Assembly: GCF_001194135.2 (NCBI RefSeq)
Contig: NC_068993.1
Location: forward strand, 52,293,842 to 52,357,841
DNA: 64,000 nucleotides
Origin: Octopus bimaculoides
Taxonomy: Eukaryota
Direction: 5' to 3'
The translations under genes were made by a program, and so were the position numbers. Below are positions 13,945 to 26,974 of the stretch, piece after piece (within the stretch, counting starts at the first letter, position 1; every line of letters begins with the position of its first letter). A model generated the notes under the pieces. The model did no database searches. It had not been told where the DNA came from and saw only the letters and a list, made by a program, of their open reading frames with translations.

Positions 13945-14140
13945 GTAGGGAGATGAGTAACTCATGATTCCAAACACTGTGAGCAGATGCATGGCTGAAG
14001 CTCTGAAAAAAAATGAATAATTACAGCATATAAAATACTTGACTTGAGATTGATTGTTGAGGGAAACCTTACAAGAGCATACTTCCTGGATATCATCATG
14101 CTTAAACTAAACTCCAAATCATATACTTTTATGAAGTAGC
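13945..14140 (+). mobile_element. Penelope-like reverse transcriptase remnant
   Basis: 14038-14136 reads LDLRLIVEGNLTRAYFLDIIMLKLNSKSYTFMK, resembling the Penelope RT C-terminal motif (GL.I.IE.NL..V.FLD.T.DL....Y.PY.K). A degraded D-L-*-G-D-E-*-L near 13948 may be the GLYRDDGL motif. Confidence 0.5.
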
Positions 14141-15014
14141 TGCCAGAAGATTGATAGTGCTCATAATTTTTGTAGATCCTATCAGATTGGAGGGATCAAT
14201 GATGTTAATACTTGCATAGTATAAGGTGTCAAGGGCAAAATGCTTAACGGAATTTAGTCCATCTTTACATCCTGAGTTCAAATTCTCCTGAGATTGACTT
14301 TATGTCAAACCAAACTGGGGTTGATTTGACTTACTCCTCCCACGAAATTGCTAGCCTTGTGCCAAAATTTGAAATCAGTATTTGGGTAGTATATGGTAGC
14401 AAGCTAGTAGAATTGTTAACATGCCAGGCAATGCTTAGGTGGTATTCAGTTTGTCTTTACATTCTGAGTTCAAATTCCACTGAGGTCAGTTTTGCCTGTC
14501 ATCCTATTAGGATTGATAAAATAAGTACCAGTTAAACTCTGGGGATCAATGTAATCAGACTTACCCCCATCCTGAAATTACTGGCCTTGTGTCAAAATTT
14601 GAAATCAGTATTTGGGTGGTAAGTTCCAGAGGTTAGCATTTACAGAATAATTATGGGCAAGAAGAGGAATTCTAAAAGATTACAATTTGGGGAAAGAAAT
14701 TATTGGGAAAAGTATTTAATTTAGAATCAGTGATGTAAGATACTGAAGGATTGATGAGAGAATGAAGAAAAAGGCATGTTGAGTGGGTTTGGATAGAGTT
14801 GGTGTGTAACTTAATTGTTTTCTCATACATTTTACAAGGGGTGTGTAGGAAGAGGAAGAGAGATGGAGGAAGATAGGGGAAAACTTGAGGCTGGTTGATG
14901 AATGACTGCAGAAGATGGCAGGAAGAAGTTGCATCTCTTGTTGTGCATCCACAACCCCCATCCCCGTCCCCACCCCACCCAAAATTTGGAGTTTGATTGA
15001 TTGATTTGTTCTTT

Positions 15015-15434
15015 TTTTCTTTAACATGCTTCAGTCGTTTGACTGCAACGATACTGGGACACCACCTTAAAGGGTTTTGGTCGAAGAAATCGACTCCACG
15101 ACTTATCCGTAGTAAACCTAGTACTTATTCTATCGGTCTCTTTTGTTGAACCGCCAAGTTATGGGGACATAAACACACCACCATCAATTGTCAAGTGATA
15201 GTGGGAGGAACAATCGCAGACACAAAGACACACACACATAAATACACAAACACACACTTACGACAGTCTTCTTTCAGTTTCCATCTATCAAATCCCCTCA
15301 AAAGTCTTTAGTCAGCCCGAGGCTATAGAAAAAGACACTTGCCCAAGGTGTCGCCTGCCCAAGGTGTCACGCGGTGAGACTGAACCCAGAACCATGTGGT
15401 TGAGAAGCAAGCTTCTTACCACACAGCCATGCCT
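15015..15434 (-). mobile_element. SINE-B full-length copy
   Basis: Same layout, with a small internal duplication of TGCCCAAGGTGTC. Confidence 0.85.
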
Positions 15435-16510
15435 GTTGGGTGACAATAGAAGTCTAACCAAATATTGAAATAACTGAATTCACCAGGTTTCCAATATTTA
15501 AGGGGTTTCACTCAATCAGGTTTCCACAAGTCATCTACGATAAAATTTGATCATACAGTTGATGGTTTTGCAGTTTCTAATGGCAGTAAGTTCGTTGAAG
15601 CATAAATCACAAAATAAGTCATTATATAACAATCTACGTTCATTTCATGGAAAGTGATGTTGCTAATATCATAGATAGTCACCTGCTTGTGAGTAATGTT
15701 ACACTGAATAATATTATTGTACACTTTACTATTACGCCATTACTAAATATATTCAAATGTCTGTGATGATGTGATGATGATGATGATGGTAGTAACAATG
15801 TTTGCAATGAATGCTAACAATACATATAACAATGATAATGGTAATAAATGTATTAATTGCTCTTTTATCCTGTTACTTCTCATTGTGGAAGAGTCTGTCA
15901 GTACTTCTTTCTTAGCCAAATTACTGCAAGACATAAGTTCTTTTCTTCTATTCTAGTTTATTTGTACACCTTGCAGCAATTCTGCTCACAATGAAGCTTG
16001 TACTTATGAAAAATCTTCACTGATTGGCAGAACCCATTTACTAAAAGAATGTGTAGACATCAAATGGTATTTGTTAAAGTAAAGTGCACTTGCCTTTATA
16101 ATGGTTAGAACAAATGAATAAGTTGTTGAACAATAAACTCCTAACAGAGAGCAGTTGATGTCCAGACATAATAATAAGAAATATAGAAACAGTGAATATT
16201 CATTTTCAAATATAATAACAAACCAAAAGTAATAGCACTAAATTCACTATCTGTTGTAAACTGCTACTTTGTGATATGATTAAAGCATTGTAGAGCATCC
16301 TGTATATGTATGTGAGTGTCTGTTGTGAGTGTTTTGCAAATAGCTTTTTTCTGTATTATGATTAAAAAATATCATAGCATACTCTCTATATATTTGAGTG
16401 TTTTATATATGTACAAACAGACACAGCTGTGTGGTTAGGAAATTTACTTTGCCATCATGAAGACCTCTGTTTTAACCATGTTGTGATATTTTAGGTATCT
16501 TCAACTATAG

Positions 16511-16815
16511 GAATATGGCTCAGTGGTTAGGGTGTCAGGCTCACAACAATGAGGTTGTGAGTTCGATTTCAAAACTGGGCTATGTGTTGTGTTCTTGAGC
16601 AAGAGATTTTATTCCATGTTGCTCCAGTTCACTGAGCCGTAGAAATGAGTTGCGACGTCACTGATGCCAAGCTGTATCGGCCTTTGTCTTTCCCTTGGAT
16701 AACATTAGTGGCATGGAGAGGGGAGACTGGACTGCTGGTCTTCCACTAGCAACCTTGCTTGGACTTGTGCCTTGGAGGGTAACTTTCTAGGTGCAATCCC
16801 ATGGTCATTCATGGT
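16511..16815 (+). mobile_element. SINE-D copy
   Basis: Homologous to 26654-26974 in the opposite orientation. Confidence 0.8.
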
Positions 16816-16927
16816 CTTTACTTATTACAACTATAATTAGTTCTTTCTGTGCTATGGGGCACATAAGGCCACAGTATGATCTCTCCAACCATCTGTTTTC
16901 TACAGCTGCTTTGGTTTCATTCTAGCT

Positions 16928-17186
16928 CAGTGGTTCTTATCTGTGGTCAGTATGGCCCTAAAGGGTCCATGTAAAACTTTTGTTGTTCAAATTTATCTCC
17001 AATAAATCGGTTATACTTTTACTAGACACAAAATGTTATGATAATTATTTTGAAACAGTTCCTAATAATATTTAATTATAAAAATATAATAAGATTTTTT
17101 TTTAATATTGAATGGTTAGGAGGGCCCACTAGAGTAAAACAGGAATCACAGGGGTCCATAGGTAAAAAAATGGTTGAAAAACACTG
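16928..17186. mobile_element. hAT-type MITE with perfect 8-bp TSD
   Basis: Ends CAGTGGTTC...AAAACACTG, with identical TTCTAGCT at 16920-16927 and 17187-17194. 8-bp TSDs are characteristic of hAT elements. Confidence 0.85.
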
Positions 17187-17259
17187 TTCTAGCTTCTCCA
17201 CCTTTCTTGTATCCTTTCCCTGTCAATGGTCCTTCACCATGTGCTTTTATAGCACATGG

Positions 17260-17440
17260 TGGTGTAGGTGATGGTGTTGGTGTTGGTGTTGGCACTGGTG
17301 AGAATGATGATAATGATGATGATGATGATGGGGTAGGGATATTGTTGATGGTGTTGGCAGTGGTGGTGGCGGCAGCGGTGGCAGCAGTGGTGGTATTGGT
17401 GGTGGTAGTTATAAGCAGTGAGCATGATGATGATGGCGAC
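17260..17440. repeat. Degenerate (GGT/GAT/GGC)n trinucleotide tract
   Basis: Directly visible. Confidence 0.85.
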
Positions 17441-18490
17441 GACAATAGTCTCCTTCTAAAGATCAACAGACAGAGATGAATAATGTCAAGGTGTGTTGCA
17501 ACGTTTGTTTGTATTAGGGTTTAAACCTATAGATCATCAATCAATCAGTAGTTCAATGTCAAACTGTTCAGCCATATTGAAAGGTTGATCACTGGTTCTG
17601 AAATATGGTGCTACCATTTATCATTGACCTTTCTTGCTTTTGTTCTGTAACCTCAGATCAGCCCTGATTGAGCAGAACTATGATCAAAGCCAGTCAAATG
17701 ATATTTTCCTTTTTCAAGTATGTCTAGGACTATATCGTTCAATATGTTCCTTCCTTTTATTTTTTTTTTATATATATATGGATGCAGGCATTGGTGTGTG
17801 GTTAAGAAGCTTGTTTTACATCAATATGGTTCCAGGTTCAGTTCCACCATGTGACACCTTGGGCAAGTGTCTTCTACTATGGCCCCATATTGATCAATGC
17901 CTTGTGCGTGGATTTGGTAGCTGGGAACTGTGTAGAAGTTTGTTGTATGTGTGTGTTTCTAGAGTAAGAAAAGTGCAAGCATGACGATGTTGTTATTTAC
18001 ATATATTACTTTTTCACATCCCAAATCTCGACCACGTAAATTATGCTAGATGACTTAAACACTACAATGGTCAAAAGAAAACAAAAACGAAACAAAAAAA
18101 AAACAGTCAAAACACACAACTGAATGCACAAGAGGAAAACAAAAATGAACAGTATAGTGAACAATTAATTATTGGAAGAAAATGACTCATAACAAAGGAA
18201 ATCATTTGGAAGACGGTTACCGTGATGACAACAAGTGCATTAGTGCTTCTTTCGTGATTTCAAATACTGTGCATCATTCATATAGCAGCTGACCTTCCCT
18301 CAATACAGGACAGATGGAATTTTTAGATGCACCACCATTACAAGGAATAGAGCTGTTTGTTGGTGGGATAATGTTGTAAAATCAAACAGTATTTCTTTGA
18401 CCACAGTTGATAGTCCAGAAGAGGGAAAAGAGCAAAATTATATACCTTTGATAGTGAAAGGATGGAAGTGGATTAACTTTTCCCTTCTCC

Positions 18491-18521
<31 letters not shown>

Positions 18522-18569
18522 CTTGTGTGTATGTGCACGTGTGTGTGTGTGTGTGTGTGTATAACTGTT

Positions 18570-18805
18570 GTATTATTGTCTCCTTGCCTTGGCATCATGT
18601 GGTGGTTGTTAGCAAATGTCACTGTGATGCAAGCTGTGTCCTTTATTTTTAGTCTCCAGTGAAAATATGTCTGACCATGGGGGAAAAGGTTACCTTGGTT
18701 GTAAACAGGTGAGAGTTAGTAACAGGAAGGGCATCCAACTGTAGAAAATCTGCCGCAACAAATTCCATCCAATCTATCCAAGCATGGAATAGTTGATGTT
18801 AAAAA
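18570..18805 (+). mobile_element. Family I repeat (different body, E-like tail)
   Basis: Follows (TG)n and ends AACAGGAAGGGCATCCAACTGTAGAAAATCTGCC...AGCATGGAATAGTTGATGTTAAA. Related copies lie at 6880-7065 and 25365-25610. Confidence 0.65.
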
Positions 18806-19568
18806 AAAACCCTAATGATTTTATGCATAAATAATTGTTTATGGTTAGGTATTATTGATCCTGTGTATTTGCTACAATCAAATTTGTTTCTGATTTTAAC
18901 CCAGAACTTTTGAGCCACTGTCAGATTTTACTCTTGTTTACTTACCCTCTGTTGAATTTTGTAGCATATTAGTCATGGAATAGTTTTTCTCTCTGATTTT
19001 CTTAAGTATATTTTGGAAATCCATTTTTTTCTCTCTTTGTTCTTGTAATTTTTTTCTGCAGTCTATAGTAAGTTTCTAGCTTTTTATTTCTTTATTCTTT
19101 CCTTATATATTGAGTAAAGCATTTTCTTTTTCCCTTTTTATTTTCTTCATTGCACTAATCAGTTTCCTTCCTCTGGCTTCTAAGAATTTCTCAATCCCAC
19201 TGTTGCTACTTTATAGTAGTTCTCTGTTTGTATCAGACTTTATTCTTCTTGTGTGTGTGAAAGCGGTACAAGTCTTCAGGGAAAGATATTTTACAAAATG
19301 GAACAAGACTTCTTTTGAGCCCAAAGGAGAAATCTTCAATTAAATCTTTTGTATAAAGATAATGGTATATAATACGAAAATTTAATGTAGCAGTTTTCCC
19401 TTCTTTGTTGAAAAATATGATTGTATAGGCACTTGCATAGCTATATGGTTAAGAAGGTCACTTTGAAACCACATGTTTTCAGGTTCAGTCCTGGGCAAGA
19501 ATCTGTTCCTATTATAGCCTTGGGTCAACCAATGCTTTGTGAATTTAGTAGATGGAAACAGTGAGGAA

Positions 19569-19599
<31 letters not shown>

Positions 19600-19650
19600 C
19601 CTTGATTATAACTAAATATGTTCACTCAATCGTGTCGGCCTTCTTTTTAG

Positions 19651-19816
19651 GTGCAAAATATACTATCACGTGACACTAACACACAGACATAGCGGGAAAC
19701 ATACAAAAGATTATAAACTCAACCATGTGTTTATTCTCTACAAACACTTGACAGAAAACATTCAAGATATTGATTGTTTGGACTTGTTCAGTCAACTGTG
19801 TCCAAAATGGAGATGA
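19651..19816 (+). CDS. Candidate exon, product unknown
   Basis: Acceptor CCTTCTTTTTAG and 54 open codons (CKIYYHVTLTHRHSG...LFSQLCPKWR*). It is phase-compatible with a candidate exon at about 15957-16066. Confidence 0.2.
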
Positions 19817-19901
19817 ACACCATTCCTCCATGTGATCAACTTGAGAAATTGTTAGTATATTAAGATATTTTTCTTAAAACCCGAAATCAATGGTAGCCTT
19901 A

Positions 19902-19953
<52 letters not shown>

Positions 19954-21177
19954 TTAGGGGAAGAGAGATAGATAAACAGACAGACAAGTAAATGTGTGTA
20001 TGTGGCTTTGTGTTGTGTTTGTCCCCTACTGGTATTGGTTTGTTTATATCCCAGTAACTTAGCAGTTTGGCAAAAGAGCCTGCTAAAATAAGTACCAGAT
20101 TTTAAAAAAATATATATATATAAATACTGGGGATCAATTTGTTTGACTACACTCTTCATAGCAGTTCCCCATCATGGCTGCAGTCCAATGACTGAAACAC
20201 ATAAAAGATAAAAAGATAAAAGGCATCAAAATATGAACAAAAACAGCTTTCGGTGGATGATTATAAAAGCATAATTGAACTTAATGGCTAATCTCAAGCT
20301 ATCTAAATATGACCACTGGTTAACTTTTGTAAATACTGTATTCCCTGGACACCAAAACGACTAGATAACAATGTAAGTCATACAAAACAGCAACAAACTT
20401 AATCAACTAATGAAATGAGATTTACTGGCTTTTAGGCTTTTTGCTTGTTAGTTTGTTTGTTTTTGGAGTTTATTTTTTCTGAAAAAATTCTCACAACTCT
20501 ATCAAAATCAATTTCTCTGGCAATGCTTGATTCAATATCTTTTTATCTTTTGTACTTGTTTCAAGTCATTGGACTGCAGCCATGCTGGGCCACCACAACT
20601 TTTAAAGGTTTTAGTTGATTGGTACTTATTCTATTAGTCTCTTTTACCAAACTGCTAAGTTACAGGAATGTAAATAAACCAACAATGGTTGTAAAACAGT
20701 TGGTGGGGGACAAATATAGGTACAAATACACACACACACACACACACACACACATGCAGATAAGAAAAGAAATGGAGCAACAATTAACAATTAGAAGTTG
20801 ATCATTGGTATTAAAAGGTCATAGTTTAATTGTAGTTCAAAAACATTTACAGCTGTTTCAGTTCGTTATTTTGAAGTAAATTTGCATTTATCTCGTTCCA
20901 TTTAACAAACATCGTCAGAATAATTTAGAGTTTAATTCGGAGGAGTATAGATAGGAAAAAAGAAGGGCATTATTTGTAATCATAGGGTCTTATCTAGCGG
21001 TCACAAACAGTGTTATATATTGCAATTAACAACACCGGATATATATATATATANNNNNNNNNNNNNNNNNNNNNNNNNNNNNNNNNNNNNNNNNNNNNNN
21101 NNNNNNNNNNNNNNNNNNNNNNNNNNNNNNNNNNNNNNNNNNNNNNNNNNNNNNNNNNNNNNNNNNNNNNNNNNNNN

Positions 21178-21450
21178 NACTGGACTGACTCCTGTGCAGA
21201 TGGCACGTAAAAAACACCATTTGAGCATGGCCGTTGCCAGTACTGCCAGACTGACCTTCATGCCGGTGGCATGTAAAAACACCCACTACACTCTCAGAGT
21301 GGTTGGCGTTAGGAAGGGCATCTAGCCTGTAGAAACTCTGCCAGATCAGATTGGAACCTGGTGCAGCCATCTGGTTTGCCAGTCCTCAGTCAAATCGTCT
21401 AACCCATCCTAGCATGGAAAGCGGACGTTAAATGATGATGATGATGATGA
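21178..21450 (+). mobile_element. Family E copy
   Basis: Near-intact copy ending GGACGTTAAATGATGATGATG. Confidence 0.8.
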
Positions 21451-22987
21451 TATAGTGTTAGGAAGGGAATTCGGCCATAAAAACCATGCCAAAGCAGATA
21501 GTAGAGCTTGGTGCAATCCTCTGGCTCACTAACTTCTGTCAAACTATCCAACCCTTGCCAGCATGGAAGACAGCCATAAAGATGATGATGATGATACATA
21601 CACAACAAACTTCCACACAGTTTCCATCTCCCAACTTCACTTACAAGACATTGGTTGGCCCAGAGCTATTTATAGAAAACATTTGTCCAAGGTGCTGTAC
21701 AGCAGGACTGAACCCAAAACCATGGGGTTGCAGAGTGAGTTTCTTAATCTCAGGCCCATGCCTGAATATACACCTTATTATTATTATATCAATAAACCAG
21801 GGTCGAGGCTTCACAGATCACAGAACATTTTTGGTTTGTTTGAGTTTACTAAAAGATCTTTCTATTTGCTCTGGTTGCTACTGTAGTTGAAATCATTAAC
21901 AATATTCTCAAACATTACAAAATATTTCATAAACTTTGTAATTATTCTATAAATTTGGCAGTTCTAAAACTTTCAGGTCTAGTTTTTCAAACTTTGCTTT
22001 TAAACAATGCACTGACAATAAACATTATGTTTCTGTTGCAAAATTTCCATTGTTAATATTATAAAATATCTTGTCTGTACACTTATATGTACAACTGCTA
22101 TCAAATTTAGTGCTCCACTTAAATTATTATTATCCAGTTTACTTCAAGTGTAGTGGTTTGGTTCCTATTATACTTGGTAGTACAAATGGCTATGATATGC
22201 AGAGCAAATGTAGGAGAAATTATGATAAAATTAGGCTTATATCATTTGTTCCTTACATATGTTTCACCATTGTGGCTGTCTGGGACCACAGCATTGCCTG
22301 TTTCAAGTGCAACTGGATACTTCTACACTGCAACTCATCAGGGGAAGACTTTATTGCATTATGTTACAGAGAATGCAGTTAAGTTCTTATGATGATCTGT
22401 TGTGATTAAGCCCTTAGAACATCCAGTGTAGTGGTTCCGGACAGACACAACAATAAGGAACTTCATCAATGTTAACATTAATAATATATTAGAGTCTGAC
22501 CTAAATTAAGGCTAGTTTACCTACCTCAAGTTTTATTCATTATTTAGCAATCAATATTGTACCTGTTACAAACTGGAAGAGGGCCTCAAAGCAAGACTGA
22601 TTTATAATAGTACAACAAAAAAAAGGCAAACTACTTAGTTCTATAATGACAGGTTATAGTTCAGGGCATTGACTCTTTTACTGTTGTTTTACTTTTTTAG
22701 TTCACTGTTAGACAGCTGAAAATTTCCATAAAAAAATCAAAATTTTCAGCCAACAGCTTAACAGCTTCAAAACATGCAGTTAATCCTGAAATAATATTCT
22801 TCTTTTTACTATAAGCACAAGGCTTGAAATTTGGGGGAAGAGGGTTAGTCAATTACTTTGTCCCTGGTGCTCAACTGGTATTTATTTTATTGACCTCAAA
22901 AGGATGAAAGGCCAAGTCAACCTTGCTGAACTTTGAACTCTGGGAATAAAGCTAGAAGAAATATCATAAAGAGCTCACTGCCTTGAA

Positions 22988-23199
22988 CCCTTTCGATACC
23001 AATCCGGCTCTGGCTCTGTAATACAAATGTCTTGTTTTCATAAGTTTTAAATTAAAATCTTCCACCAAACCTTAGACACAGTTTATGTTCCTAACACCAG
23101 CTTAATGATAACGAAGTTATTTTACTAAATTCTTTGTTATATTTAAGATTCATTGAAAGAAACACAGAGCATCTCAAAATAAATATGGTAACAAAAGGG
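22988..23199. mobile_element. piggyBac-type MITE (family 1)
   Basis: TIRs CCCTTTCGATACC and GGTAACAAAAGGG, flanked by TGAA and TTAA. Confidence 0.75.
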
Positions 23200-26100
23200 T
23201 TAAGCCGGAAATAGTACTATCAGTCAAAACATAAAACACTGCTTTTCTGAAGTAGGCTTCATCTTGTGAATAATTTGTGTCAATCCTTTCTGCTAAGTTG
23301 GCATCAATTGTATCATCATGTACTCTACTTTTCTCTTTCAAATGACACCCCTGCACCATTGGGAGTGTCTCTTTAGCTTTATTCCAGATGCTTTTCTAGA
23401 CATCTTGTAATATTTGGATAAAATTATGGTGGCAAGCTGGCAAACTGTTAGCACGCTGAGTAAAATGTTTAGCAGCATTTCCTCTGTCCTTATGTTCTGA
23501 GTTCAAATTCTACCAAAGTCGACTTTACCTTTCATCCTCTCAGAGTCAATGAAAGAATTACTAGTCAAGCAACTGGGGTTGATGTGATCAATTAGTCCTC
23601 TCCCCCAAAATTTCAAGCATTATGCTTATAGTAGAAAGAAATGCTTATATCAAAATATCTTACATGTTNNNNNNNNNNNNNNNNNNNNNNNNNNNNNNNN
23701 NNNNNNNNNNNNNNNNNNNNNNNNNNNNNNNNNNNNNNNNNNNNNNNNNNNNNNNNNNNNNNNNNNNNNNNNNNNNNNNNNNNNNNNNNNNNNNNNNNNN
23801 NNNNNNNNNNNNNNNNNNNNNNNNNNNNNNNNNNNNNNNNNNNNNNNNNNNNNNNNNNNNNNNNNNNNNNNNNNNNNNNNNNNNNNNNNNNNNNNNNNNN
23901 NNNNNNNNNNNNNNNNNNNNNNNNNNNNNNNNNNNNNNNNNNNNNNNNNNNNNNNNNNNNNNNNNNNNNNNNNNNNNNNNNNNNNNNNNNNNNNNNNNNN
24001 NNNNNNNNNNNNNNNNNNNNNNNNNNNNNNNNNNNNNNNNNNNNNNNNNNNNNNNNNNNNNNNNNNNNNNNNNNNNNNNNNNNNNNNNNNNNNNNNNNNN
24101 NNNNNNNNNNNNNNNNNNNNNNNNNNNNNNNNNNNNNNNNNNNNNNNNNNNNNNNNNNNNNNNNNNNNNNNNNNNNNNNNNNNNNNNNNNNNNNNNNNNN
24201 NNNNNNNNNNNNNNNNNNNNNNNNNNNNNNNNNNNNNNNNNNNNNNNNNNNNNNNNNNNNNNNNNNNNNNNNNNNNNNNNNNNNNNNNNNNNNNNNNNNN
24301 NNNNNNNNNNNNNNNNNNNNNNNNNNNNNNNNNNNNNNNNNNNNNNNNNNNNNNNNNNNNNNNNNNNNNNNNNNNNNNNNNNNNNNNNNNNNNNNNNNNN
24401 NNNNNNNNNNNNNNNNNNNNNNNNNNNNNNNNNNNNNNNNNNNNNNNNNNNNNNNNNNNNNNNNNNNNNNNNNNNNNNNNNNNNNNNNAAAATGTTTAGC
24501 AGCATTTCCTCTGTCCTTATGTTCTGAGTTCAAATTCTACCAAAGTCGACTTTACCGTTCATCCTTTTTGGGGGGGGGGGGGCAATAAAATAAGTACCAG
24601 TTGAGTACTGGAGTCAATGTAATGGACTTATCCCCACCTCAAAAAAAAAACAACAACTTGCTGGCCTTGTGTCAGAATTTGAAACCAATCATTAGCACAC
24701 CTGACAAAATGTTTAGTAGCATTTCATGTCTTTATGTTCTGAGTTCAAATTCTACCAAAGTCGACTTTACCTTTCATCCTCTCAGAGTCAATGAAAGAAT
24801 TACTAGTCAAGCAACTGGGGTTGATGTGATCAATTAGTCCTCTCCCCCAAAATTTCAAGCATTATGCTTATAGTAGAAAGAAATGCTTATATCAAAATAT
24901 CTTACATGTTTCATTTTAATAAATGTACTTTTATTAACAATAATTCTTTGATAACCCTACTCTATAAATTCTACAAAAAATTCAAAGCAGGATTGTTGAT
25001 TGCCCTCTTTTATCCTATGTCTAAATTCCTGCAATTTAGATCATATTTCATTTTTGTTTCTTACTTTAGCATCTAAAAAAGTCCTCATGAATCTTTTCCG
25101 CATTGGAAATTTCTACTCTATTTTGTAATACAAGTAGGTGCAAGTACGGTTATGAGGCATGACTATGAAATATTGGTATGGCTGTGTAGTTAAGAAATTT
25201 GTTTCACAACCACATGGTTCTGTGTTCTGTGCAGTACCTTGGGCAAGTGTCATTGTTTGCTTTGTGAGTGAATTGGTACTTGGAAACTATACAAAGACTG
25301 TCATGGGTGTGTGTGTGTGTGTGTGTATGTGCACACACACACACACACACACATGTGGCTCTATGTAAATATTTACATTCTGTAGTTGCATGTGCCGCAG
25401 CTGGTGTTTTCTGTTGTCATTTCCCTGTCAGCAATTCAATTGGTAGTTCTGTGCTTTCAAAGACATGCAAAACAAAATAAAATCATTTACTTGAAAAACA
25501 AGTAAGAGGTAGCAGCTGGGGGCAGGGCAGAGAGATGGGGGCATCTTGCTATGAAACAATATTTCACCAATATGTATTCACCCAACCCATGTTAGCCAGA
25601 AAAAAAATGCTTAAAAATAAATGAACAGACAAAATGAAAAAGTTTCTTAACTTTTCGTGGTCTTCATATAATTTCTTATGGTTGAGATTTGAAGTTTGAA
25701 ATTTTGTGTTTACTCATGAAATTCAAGATGACATGGCAAACAAAATGAGTGAAAATAAAGTCTATTGGTTTTTGTCTTCAAACATATTATTTAGAAAATG
25801 GAACATGTAAATATTTACCTTTCCAACAATTGACATAAAATATTCCTTGAGATCCACCTTTTGTTGTAGGATTATCTAGAAACATTTCCCTCTGACCAAC
25901 CCATGAGTCATATGTGAGCTGACAACCTTTTGGTAGCATGTACATTCATCGTTCATTACTAAATAAATTTCATTGTAGTCGTTTGAACAAAGAGTGTTAG
26001 CTAAACCAATTTAGAGTTTCAGGTATCAGAAACATTAAAATACAAGATCAGTAAGCAAAAGGTGGTATATGCATTTTACAAATGTAATATCATCGTTATC

Positions 26101-26653
26101 ATTGTCATCACCATCATATATAATATCTTTCAAAAAACCAGAACTGATTTTTTTTCTACAAGCCACGTTACCTCAATAAACTTCACATCTTAACAGAAAA
26201 TAGTTTTGAACATGATATTCCTCAACAAAAGATACATTAGTATGTAAAAACTACTTTCTGTAGTTAAGGGTAATGAAATTTTAAGTGGATATATCTGCTT
26301 TCCACACTAAAAGGGTTAACAGGTTATAATGTCAGCAAGGAATGAAAACTTCATATCACACTTTCACTTGAGCGAAACCATGGAATGTGTGTGTGTGTGT
26401 GGTGGGGGTGATGGGATTTCATACTCTCTCAGTTACAGAAAGCATTGGGTAACCTGGGGCGATAGCTAAAGACACTCACCCGAGGTGTTGCAGAGTAGAA
26501 TTGAACCTGAAAACATGTAGTTGTGAAGCAAACTTCTTACTCACACAGTCATGTCTGTACTCATTTCATATGTGTACATGTGTGTCTGTATGCATGTGGT
26601 TGGTAAGCAAACTACTTACCACACAGTCACTCCTGTGCATATGTATATATAAA

Positions 26654-26974
26654 GAATCCCATGACTGACCATGGGATTGCACCTAGAAAGTTACCCTCCG
26701 AGGCACAAGTCCGGGCAAGTTTGTTTATGGAAGACCAGCAATCACCCATGCATACCTCCCCTCTCCATGCCACCAGTGTTATCCAAGGGAAAGGCAAAGG
26801 TCGATACAGCTTGGCACGTGTGACGTCACAACTCATTTCTACAGCTGAGTGAACTGGAACAACGTGAAATAAAATGTCTTGCCCAAGAACACAACATGCA
26901 GCCCGATCTGAGATTCGAACTCACAACCTCGCGATCGTAAGCTCAACGCTCTAACAACTGAGCCATGCGCCTTC
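26654..26974 (-). mobile_element. SINE-D (C-like tRNA head plus CORE with a different tail), CpG-retaining copy
   Basis: Minus head GGCGCATGGCTCAGTTGTTAGAGCG...GTTCGAATCTC. The tail matches the + strand copy at 16511-16815. Confidence 0.85.

Noticed and set aside
22300-22341. CTGATGAG...GAAAC on the minus strand, hammerhead-like
   Set aside because: Stem II does not close directly between the two boxes, and I found no stem I/III support.
22071-22392. Two overlapping long open frames in unique sequence
   Set aside because: No recognisable domain and no convincing donor site, and neither frame is favoured. It cannot be excluded without RNA data.
23613-24588. ORFs of about 300 aa
   Set aside because: They consist almost entirely of X across an N gap. 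The same applies to the ORFs at 21.0, 28.6 and 36.3 kb.
26880-26974. Possible tRNA gene (A and B boxes)
   Set aside because: It continues into a CORE-like body and tail shared with another copy, with no complete cloverleaf. It is a SINE head, as are the other tRNA-like segments.
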